A DNA stretch of 58,429 nt, filler included, from Sphacelaria rigidula (lineage: Eukaryota): NCBI GenBank assembly GCA_964200075.2. It is 8 parts of 8 records of this genome, joined end to end, with 100 filler letters (N's around TTAATTAATTAA, not from the genome) between each part and the next. Parts side by side here need not be neighbours in the genome. Positions count along the whole stretch, not along the records: positions 43,898 to 51,113 come from CAXNAA020015925.1; positions 51,214 to 58,429 come from CAXNAA020015926.1; 6 more parts are not named here. One strand, 5' to 3'. Shown here in pieces: positions 48,584 to 58,429 of the stretch. A program made the translations under genes and the position numbers. Each line of letters begins with the position of its first letter. The first letter of the stretch is position 1. The notes below the pieces were generated by a model, which was not told the DNA's origin, did no database searches, and was given only the letters and a program-made list of their open reading frames with translations.

Positions 48584-51500
48584 GTGGGTGCGCGGGGCTC
48601 CATAATGGACATCACACTCGATCATCCAGGGATCATGGGAGGCTTTGCATCACAGCAGGTATTGCATCCCGAAAACCATCGGCATGCGCGGCCGTTTTTT
48701 CGTCATTTATGTGTACTGCACAGGTGCTATACCGTCCTGACTGTTGTCCCGTAACGGATCTTCTTATGCCGAAGGTCACGTTGAATAGCACCCTGTCATG
48801 TACAACCGAGCATCGAAAGACAATGGCCAGCTCCACATCTCGGACAGGAGAAAATGTTATGCCGGATTGATTCTCTGGATTCTGACAAGAAATGTCTACA
48901 GCAGGAGATGGGAATTGTCACTAGCTGTTGAGTCCCTGACTCGTATCCCTCAGACCATTCAAGCGGTCATTTGTCTCGTCTAAATTATTTAACTGTGAAC
49001 ACTCCGCAAAAGGAACACCCACACAACGCTTGGGAACTTCACTATGTGCGCACAGGGCTTCAAGGACAACCACAAATGCATTATCGAGGCCTTTTTGTCG
49101 GTAGATGGAGTGATTTCAGGTGGCGGGAGGGAGGGAGGGGGAGAGGGGCGATGCGATACACGCCTTAGTGCAGTACAGTACACAGGCAAACTGAACCTAA
49201 TTTCCATACAGACTAAAATAAAAGCTCTAATTTCATGCACTGTACTCTAGACTTGAATCAAGTGTCGACATCAAGTTGTAGTTCTACACAACAGCAATCT
49301 GTGTATGCACAAAAAAGTGGTGGCTCATCACATCGGAGGTGACGCTCAGTCTTGGCCGCTGCGCAAAGTCGTCCTCGGTTATTTGGGAACGCCTTGGTGC
49401 GCGCGTGAGTCTACATATCGACCGCATATCGACCGCTGATGTCGTACTGTACTGGAACGCAGTATGTGAAAAACGGCTGCTTTGATATTCTCGTACCCCT
49501 TGGGCGCCACAGCTCCATACCCCCTTTGGCCCGCCAGGCTTCATCAGTCGGGTACGATATCACTCTCATTTTTCGAGTGAAAGTGATGCCAATTCAACGA
49601 ACGACCCCCACCGTTAACCGTCAACTCCCGGGCCCATAGCTGGACGCTGAAAAGAACGGTATTTTCGGGACGGAGAGGGGGGGATGGGGTTGTTTTTGGT
49701 GGAGAGACGACGCCTACATGAAAAAAATAGCTTTGTTACGTGTATGTGTTAGTCGCGCGTCAAATTCGTTCGTGCATATAATGAGCAACAACCAGCAGAG
49801 CTTTGGCATCTCAGAACAGCAGTAAAACCATGTTCGTTTGTAATAAAAAGTTTATACGAGTATAACTTTTGCATAAATAATTCCTTTGGAACACCACGTG
49901 TCACAAAAATCTTGCTGCAAACTGGCTTTTTGGCCCTTCTCCGTCGTCTCACATCCTGAAAGACCGCCACGCGGATGTTGACTCCTTGGAATGACTTGCT
50001 TTACTCCTTGAGACCGTCCCAGGGCACCTTTGCGGTTTTCCGGTGGCCGCAGTTTTTTTTTTTGCCATACTTGCATGTTCAGTACCAAACAGTCAAGTTA
50101 TCTTGGAAAAACAGCAAAAAAACTGCCAGTATTTTGGTAACTTGGCCGGGTTTTTTTTTTATGAAAGCTTGGCCCAAGGGTGCCCAAAGAGCAAATCCCA
50201 GCCCATATGCCCCTTTTTTGAATCCTGGATTTTTTCGCGGGGGGAGGGGGGGGGGGAGCGGTTTTCCAAATCCCATACTGTACATGAATGAAAAAATAAC
50301 GAATAAAAAGTACATGAGAAGTAAAAATTCGTGTTAATCCTTTCGGGACTGAAGCTTACTAACAAGGTGTTCACCAGGTGTGAGTAAAATAATAATTAAC
50401 AAGTCTGGGAGCGACCTTTCCAATCAGGGCGAGGCAAAATTTATCGACCACATCAGAACGAACAGTGGGGGAGGCTGTTGCCGGGAGTGCTGTCACTGCA
50501 AAGTTGGTATACCCTGTCCCTGGCCCACGAAAAAGCCTTCGAAGCGAAAGAAACCCGAAGTTTTCGGGGCTCGGATTCCCTATTTTTTCATCATTTACTT
50601 GCACTTAATGTTGGCCCGACCTCCCATCCCCCGATTTTTTTCGGTCACCATCCGATAGTAAACCCTAGTTGATAACACTAACACGTAGTGCTCGGGGGAA
50701 ATTCGGGCATAAATGTATCCTACTATGTATTTGGTGATGTTCACAAGGCGACTGAAGGTAGCGACGCAGTGCAACGAGAGACGGAGCTAGAGGCATGAGT
50801 TCTGCGTATCCTTCTGTCGAGGCGGTACAAGCGGCGGTGAGGTCGTATGTAATCGACGGTAACGAACGAGCTGTGTATGGGCAGCTGATCTCTGTCGCGG
50901 AGGACTGCCCAGAACATGTGAGGGAGTATGCAGCGGTATAGCTGCTGCTGCACTGTATGTATCTGCGGCGCTACGCCCATGCCGCTCGAAGAGAATTTGC
51001 CGCTTGCAACAAGGAGGGACATCGCGGCCCACCCCGACCACAAAGGGTTGTGTAGCAAGGTGATGGGAACAATATCCAAGGCCACATATGGCGGGCGGCG
51101 GTTGCCACATCCTNNNNNNNNNNNNNNNNNNNNNNNNNNNNNNNNNNNNNNNNNNNNTTAATTAATTAANNNNNNNNNNNNNNNNNNNNNNNNNNNNNNN
51201 NNNNNNNNNNNNNTTCATTTTTTTATAGGTGTGGTGAGGGGGGGGGGGGGGGGGGGGAAGGTATTCATCATGTTATACAATCGGAACAAAAAGGAAATAA
51301 AATAAATAACATGAATCACGGCACACGTATCAGACACATATATTGAAAATTGTAAGCAGCCGCGCGGATACGTCGGTAGAAAGAACGTGAAGGCGTTTTC
51401 CGCACCGCTTGAACTTTCGAGCTTTCAACTCGTACAGTCATATCCCTCAACATTACTGTCCCGCTTGAATATCAGGTTTTCGCGAGTATTTACGTCGGGG

Positions 51501-52327
51501 ATTGGTCAAAGCTACTTGAAAAATGTACTGACCATAGTCCCAAAAGGTTCGTCACACAGAAGCAGTACTTAACAAGAACGATGTGACAAGATGGCAGCAT
51601 GAGTTGAACGCTGCCAGGGTCATGCAGCACTGTGAGCTCAAGCCCGAGTGTTTGTTTTATCGGCCTGTCCCTCGGAATATCAATCATTGCTCTTTTTCAT
51701 GTGGATACCTACCTCTGTTAGATCATAACAGCGGCCTCTTGGGACAAGTCTTGTGTCTTGGACGTTTCATGTGAACCGGGTCATTTTTTAATGGATCTAG
51801 AAAATAGGTCGAGATTTTCCTACTGCAACACATCGACAAAATTATCGCAAGACAAGATTTGCAGATTCTGCCATCACGAGACCCCACGAATAGAAAATCG
51901 TACACAAAGGGGCTTGAATATCTAAACGATGTCACAATGACGCCAACATTCAAACTGTTGTGAAATCCTTTCAGAATCAGAGTCCCACTCCAAAATATGG
52001 AAAAACCATCATGGGTACTAATGTGCTCCCCCTCAAGACTGGCCATCGCTAGCGCCCTGCCCTCTCTGCGCTCTAGTCATAGAGTCTGGGTTCGTGAATG
52101 TTGTGTTGAGAACAAACACGTTGCTGTTGATAGTCATCCCTCCGAGACCAGTCAGCTAGTCAGCCAGCTGCTCGTCAAGGGGAATGACCTCGTGGATGCC
52201 ATCTAGGGGACCAGAACTGCATAACCTCAGGATTGTCATAAACATGTTCTCCACAATGATCCTGAAGAGGACAAATATTCACTCGTTTTCTTGTCGTGGA
52301 GGCAAGGGAGGGGAAGGGAAAGGAGAG

Positions 52328-52395
52328 AGGGGGGGGGTTATCATTTGTTGCCTGCCTTAGTCGTGTGACCATTGACCACGCATCCCTTTCGGGAA
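52328..52395 (-). mobile_element. LINE-like 3'-end repeat (type A) embedded in a G/purine tract on both sides
   Basis: G9-TTATCATTTGTTGCCTGCCTTAGTCGTGTGACCATTGACCACGCATCCCTTTCG-GGAAGGAAAGGGGAGGGGAGGGG. Confidence 0.72.
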
Positions 52396-52482
52396 GGAAA
52401 GGGGAGGGGAGGGGAGGAGCGGGGGGGCTGTGCCAGTCTTCAGAGATACGAGGTCACTGCACGCGAAGTAAATTTTGCCCAC

Positions 52483-55400
52483 CGCGAATTCCGCCGGCAG
52501 CTGCTGCTTGATGTCCCTAGACGCGAAGAAAATGCCTTCCAGGTACAGCCATCTCCTCTGGACATCTACCCAGGCGTCCAACACGGCGTTAAGCTTGGTC
52601 AGTCGGTCCTCCCACAGCGCCGCCTCTTCTTGGAACTCCTGTACATCACCACGCAATTTTTACTTTCAGCACGCACACACTTGCACCTGTTCTTGTTCCG
52701 AAACCTCGCGTCTATCGCCACGTAAAACAGCTGCTGTAACCCCTTGGTCGCTGAGATGGGTCATATGGGTCCCACAGTCATTTTCAGGTGACAGTGATAT
52801 CGATTCAACGGGTAATCAACTCTAGCCGCGAAGGCATAAGCCCACAGGGTAACGGTATAAAGGTATAAGGTATCAATTTGAGTCCATGTACAGTGCACCA
52901 ACTGTGGGTGTTTGCGACTTCGTATTCCATGTACTATTCTTCACCATACTGACACTGATGAGGCATGAAATCCCTGAATGCCTCGCAGTCGAAGGGCCAT
53001 GATAAAATGTAGTTCTTTTCTTCATGTAAGGTTGGTCCTTGTATAAATTCGCTGGTTCGAGGACATTGAGATGCCTGTCACGAAAGGAACAACAACTTTG
53101 CTTCCCACAGAATCAACAGGTCCAAAGTAACATGCATCAGTAATCGGAGAGCCTACACAAATTGGTTGATGGCCGGTCTGTGTTTCGGTGGCGAAAAGGG
53201 TCACTGTTGGCACACACACACACACAAGATGGGTGCGTCGTCCTCGGACGGTGTGAAAATATCTCGACTACGCATGCATCATATTTGGAAACGTGAAGGA
53301 TTATGTTCTGTATCCCAGGCATACACAACAACACCCCCAGAGTACACCATACTGCATAGCATCCACATCATAGAGAATGCAGCAACATCGCATACAAACA
53401 CACGTACGTTCACGACAAAAAGGTGCTGCTCAAAAGGACCAAACGAGATACTTCGTCTTCCACACAGTATACATACATGTCACCGCAACATTGGGCCAGT
53501 CTTCTTGTCCGACAAAAATTGACTGGAAATGACTGAGACAACGGCAAAAAACAATGCCGCTGCTTCGTCTCGTGGAGCATCTCACACTGTTGGCGATGGG
53601 ATCCCGATCACCGACAGTTGTCAATGACAGTCACAACGACACATTTCTGGAGGCCGAGGCTACCGCGGACTGCGTGAAGCCACAATGCATTTATACAATG
53701 ACCACACGACTGGCGTTACACATGTCTTTTTCACGTGTACATGTTGCCGAACCGCTCCACACGCGGTGGTGTGAGATTGAATCTTACATCAAAGATGGAT
53801 GTACGAGATTTGGAGTTTTGCCATCTTCTTCGAAGATGGTCACATCGAAGCTTGTCCTCCGTGTCAATAGCCTTGGCAACTCGGGGTTGAGTATTGTCGT
53901 CGTATATAACCTATGGTTTATACCTGCACAGCGTGGAAATGAGGCGAGGCTCGCATGGATTGCAGCCCATTCAGGTGCTCCTCCAACCGGGAAAATACGG
54001 CATCCCAGCCCTTGACCAGCTGTACGCGGCCCTGATATGACACCAGCTCCAGCTCGCGACTCTGCCATTCCTCCCTCACCTAACACACACATACACGGCC
54101 AACGCACGCAAGGCATAAAACAAAGTTATTCGTGTAGCGGAGGTGACGAACGTTTTACAAAAATACTGCTGTACAATAGATTAGGAAAGTCCTCAACCGG
54201 GGGTGGTACTTGGAGTGTGCGTTCTGGGAGGGTTACAGATTCTGCTGAAAAGAAAGCTCATCTGTCGGGGTTCGGACCACTATTTTCTACCCCAACTGAC
54301 TTCTAGTGTTTGTGACATATGCTACTCAATTCACCGGGGTATTGAATCCATCACTGTCGTTAGAAGCGTGGGGACGGGAGTGGTGAGAAAATTCGACGAC
54401 AGAGGGGGTGCTATCCAACGTGCTGCTCGCATACACCGTCACCTGGGGCATGGTTTGTGTGCTTAGCAGGGATTATTTTACACGGCAGGAACAAAAACAC
54501 GCTGTAATAGTGTGAGAGCAAATAGCGAGTCTGCGTCATCGCTCGCCATGATGCAATCTCTGAACGATCCTAGTCACCATGATGCCAAGGGGTGACACAT
54601 GGATGAGACAACCACATACTCTACAGTGTTCATCACGTCTCGTCTCATGGTGGATTCATTCATTGGTACATTACAAGGGTCGGACAAATAGTGATTCGTC
54701 TGGAAATTACTTGGTTTTAGTACAAGTGATTCGGCTCGTACGAATCAATCCCTAGGCTTTGTTTTCAGCATTGCAACCCAGGTACACGCAGCCCAGACAC
54801 GTGGAATGACGCAAAAGTTGCGTGGATACCTCTTGGAATGATACCTCTGGTCTCTCTTTTGGGCAATCAGGCCGAAGAAATCGTGGATTCGGTGATTCTT
54901 AGTCGTGATGATTCGTCCTAACCGTGGCAGATTCATACAGTCATCAACTGATGCATATAAACTGATACGCGAGAACCGTCGCAAAAGGGAAGACGTACCC
55001 GACGAGAATTTTCAGAAAAACTCGCGAAAGAAATCCAAACGAATACGGACCTGTCTGAGGAACTCTTCCAGCGCCATTTCTCCCTGAGCGGACAGCACTG
55101 TCTCCCCAATGTCCTTGCGGTGGCCCGATAAGTCCGACCCCCACAGGAGTCCCAGGTTCAGCTCTGAGTACGCTACTCGAACGCCCAAACGCCGTAGCAA
55201 GGGGCGCCAGTGGCGATCCTTCAGGGCTTCGGATTTGAGCTCCGTCAAGAGGGGAAGGGAGTCTGACCGCGCCCTCAGGGTCATCTTGTTTGCCATAATT
55301 TGAGTTTTTCCGGTGCAAGAAGATGCAAGAGCGAGGACCAAGGATGTTAACAAAAACAAAGTCAAGAGGGCGAAGAATGTCCTGAACGGACACTGTACAC

Positions 55401-58103
55401 ATTCTGAAATCTGATGTGTAGTACGTATTGGGAGAAACAAATACGCCGTCATCCAGCCATGGCGCATTCTACATGTTGGTCCTCCAGAGCTCGAGCTCGA
55501 TTGTAACTCCGCCACTGGGGGCGGGGAGGTTGACCGAGCTAACTGTGTCATCTAGCATTGCCGTCAATCGGTCACCAGGCACATGAACTACAAAAAATAC
55601 GAGGTGGCGTCACGCATTCCACCGCCGGGGTGGAGGCGTGTTTACCGTTTGTTCAATGAAGAAATTTCTCGGAAACAAACTATTTCGAACTAACGCAAAC
55701 CCTAACCCTCACCCAACCTAAGGACCCTCAGGCGAGGGGAGCGCCAAGCGTTCCCTAGGCATAGTGTGGCGTTGGCAGACCTCAAGTCGACGCCGCAGGC
55801 GCCGATCTTGACGAGAACACTTTCTGCTCACGCTAGGGGCAATTGGGGCTGCCAGCCCTACTTGAGATCCAAATATCGGTATTTACACTGAAATCAGGTG
55901 ATAAACTTCCGGGAAGGCTCTCACGCAACAAGTGCTGAACACTACTGCCGGGGTGGCTCATGGATAGAATCGCCATCATTTCACGTGGAAAATTACTCTA
56001 GGGCCCGAACAACCTACCCTGGTGGTCATACAGTCAAAGAGCGCATGAATTAGAAAATAAACAAGCCAAGGCAGGCAAGACAACCAAGAAAATGTCCTTA
56101 CCCTTGATTTATATTTCAGGGGATGGAAGGCAGGGGATTCGAGGAATAATTGGGGACCCAACAGACCAGAAGTAGACAATGACCCCACAGCGATGTTCAT
56201 ACACGCACCTGGGCGTGGTCGAACGGCTCGTACTGTCGAACGCGGTTTGGCAGGTTGCGCATGGTTTCCTGAACGAAGTCGAGCGATTTGCGGATCCTGC
56301 GAGGGACGGCTGTGGACCACGGGGTTTCTTCCAACTCGGAGATGCTCTTCCACACGCCAGATAGCGCCTCCCATACCTGTAGAGGAGAAAGGCAACAGCA
56401 ACAACAGCAGAAGAGCGCAAAACAAGCACTTCCGTGATGAAAACAAAAATTACCGTAACTCTCGTTGGCCGTGAAGATGAAGCACTACCAACAAAAAGTT
56501 AATACATGCGTGCATATATCATGCTCCTTACACGACGATACCCTGGCAAACTAACGCTGCCAAGTAATGATCATTCCAGGAAAGTTCCCCCCACCACACA
56601 AACGTACTCAGCAAAAGCGCAGAATATGAAGCGGGCCTACTGTACGATTATGAAGTAACGTGAGACAACCTGCGAAAGTGCGGAACAGCCAACACATGCA
56701 GACACATGGAAACATCTGCGGGGCAAATTAGGATCCCTGGCGTAGCCGCGGACACATGCCTGCTCACAAGTATAAAAAAATCTAGGGAGCAATGATCTTG
56801 ACGTAGAAAACGTCACCCAGGAAACTACGAACCAAGAGCAGTACGCTACACCAAAATGAATACAACATGAGGTGTACATCAAGTGTCTGGAACAAACCAT
56901 TATGAAACGCATGAAAGACTACAGTAACTGAAATGTGTTTGATCGAACCGACAAAGGGCGAAAAACAAAAGGCACCAACGAGGAGAAAAGATTAACAGCA
57001 CCAAAAACATCTAGACCACTTCATCTTGACTATACATACGATAAAACAAGATAACGAAATCAGCTATGTGCACAACCCCTCATGGGAACAAACATATGTT
57101 CGTCTAAAGACTGGAGAGGTCTCTCGACCATCGACAACGACTATTTGCGGGACAAGACACCTCGGATTGACTAGCCTCAGAATTTCGGTACCATCTGAAC
57201 CTAACAGTGCACGTATCGAGACTTGTGAGCCAAAACAACAATGCGTAGAAACTTCAAGTTATCAACAATGACTATTTTTTACGCGAAAATGTTGCCAACG
57301 GTCAAACTACTCCAGACGCTTTCGATACAAACACTCTTGTCCCGAGAAGCGGGCTGACAAACAGAGCCATCTTTCAGGCAATCTAAAAACAAGAATCATC
57401 AACACTCAAACCTCTAGCATCTAGCTCACTTGGATCGAATAGGAAAAGAAAGACAAAAAAAAGGGGCACGAAAGCAAACAGAAATACCAGCGGCACGAGA
57501 CTGCAGAACGATGAACGATGAACGATGCTGTCCACCTCCACACGCAAACGCCTCATTTTGCCATCGTTGTTTCACGTCCAACGTGTACATTACTTGCACG
57601 AAGCAAGGCACAGCAACGCACGGTGTTTATGCAGATTCAAGTGTACCATGTAACAATTACTTGCCACGTGCTGCGTGCATCCGAACGCCAAACCAGGCCG
57701 CTTTTCCAAGAATACGCAAAGCACAGCTTACCACCAGCGGCGACAACTCGTCTCACCAGGGTCCTAGAAGTCTCCGCGCACCTACTCGACACTGCTGACG
57801 TTTTAAACTGGCGAGTAAATAGTGGTATAGCAACCCCCAAGCCCCCGGCCCAGACGCGAACCCTACAAATCACCACACCGTCATATCTCAACCCTGGGCC
57901 TGAACGCACAAGGTTGACCTACTCGTACTTGAACTTCGTCGGCGACTTACCTCCCTGAGGTCTTTGGTCTCTCCCTGTATAGGCCCCAAGACGTCCCTGT
58001 CCATGGGATCGAGCGATAGGGCGTCTCTTGCCAGGGAAAGCAGCTTGCTGTCCGACTCTAGCCTTCCTGCCATTGTCTCGAATAGACCCAGGGTTTCTAA
58101 CGC
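52483..58103 (-). CDS. DYNC1H1: Cytoplasmic dynein-1 heavy chain, internal (tail/linker, DHC_N2) region; exons 58103-57951, 56376-56209, 55284-55051, 54079-53924, 52638-52483
   Basis: Five phase-0 AG/GT exons: ..KDLRE|VWEALSGVW..LPNRVRQYEPFDHAQ|..ELKSEALKDRHW..AQGEMALEEFLRQ|VREEW..ELVSYQGRVQLVKGWD..|..WEDRL..WVDVQRRWLYLEGIF. They are colinear with the cytoplasmic dynein-1 motifs SEALKDRHW and AQGEMALEEFL. Confidence 0.93.
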
Positions 58104-58429
58104 CTGTCAAGAGAACAGCCAGCATCATTTAATTGTGAGGAGCAACCGAGCAAGATGTCATCTAAACAGAAAACGTCCAAGTTGACACAAATAGTCGAAT
58201 AGTCAGGGGTTTAAAAGGCAATGAAGGAAAAACAATAACAGAGAGGCAGCAATTAACAAGTTGTCATCCCGAGGCCATAAAAACAAAAGTCATTTTCAGA
58301 GAGGATCAACGCATACAGTGCACACCACGGAGAGGTTGGGGGTGGATGGGGGGGGGGGGGGGGGGGGGGGGAGCCGGCAAGGCACCCCCGAAAGCGACAA
58401 AAAAAGAAAAAAAAGGCCGTTTGCTGGAA

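Noticed and set aside
55697..55722. Telomeric repeat (AAACCCTAACCCTCACCCAACCTA)
   Set aside because: Only two or three imperfect units, inside a dynein intron.

Overview
This is not one locus. It is eight unrelated contigs of 7216-7217 bp, joined by artificial 100-bp linkers (44 N + TTAATTAATTAA + 44 N). The contigs are 1-7217, 7318-14533, 14634-21849, 21950-29165, 29266-36481, 36582-43797, 43898-51113 and 51214-58429. The DNA is intron-rich, eukaryotic and nuclear, most probably from a brown alga or related photosynthetic stramenopile. That is an inference from the short exons, the long repeat-filled introns and an ASAFAP-type plastid presequence. Manual splicing recovers partial genes for an EML-type WD40 protein, centromeric histone CENH3, a ferric reductase/NADPH-oxidase-family protein, a kynurenine-aminotransferase-like enzyme, plastid triosephosphate isomerase and cytoplasmic dynein-1 heavy chain, plus an intron-containing hAT transposase. 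The rest is mostly mobile DNA: two decayed Ty3/gypsy elements (one with a chromodomain), a decayed copia-like element, several MITE families and minisatellites. The most distinctive unexplained pattern is a dispersed family of 5'-truncated, LINE-like 3' ends. They end in GAGTAC-like sequence plus C-rich tracts rather than poly(A), sit in C/G tracts, and twice form the same tandem junction. No CRISPR array, rRNA or tRNA was found, and I cannot claim a confirmed novel system. Most entries in the ORF track are spurious.
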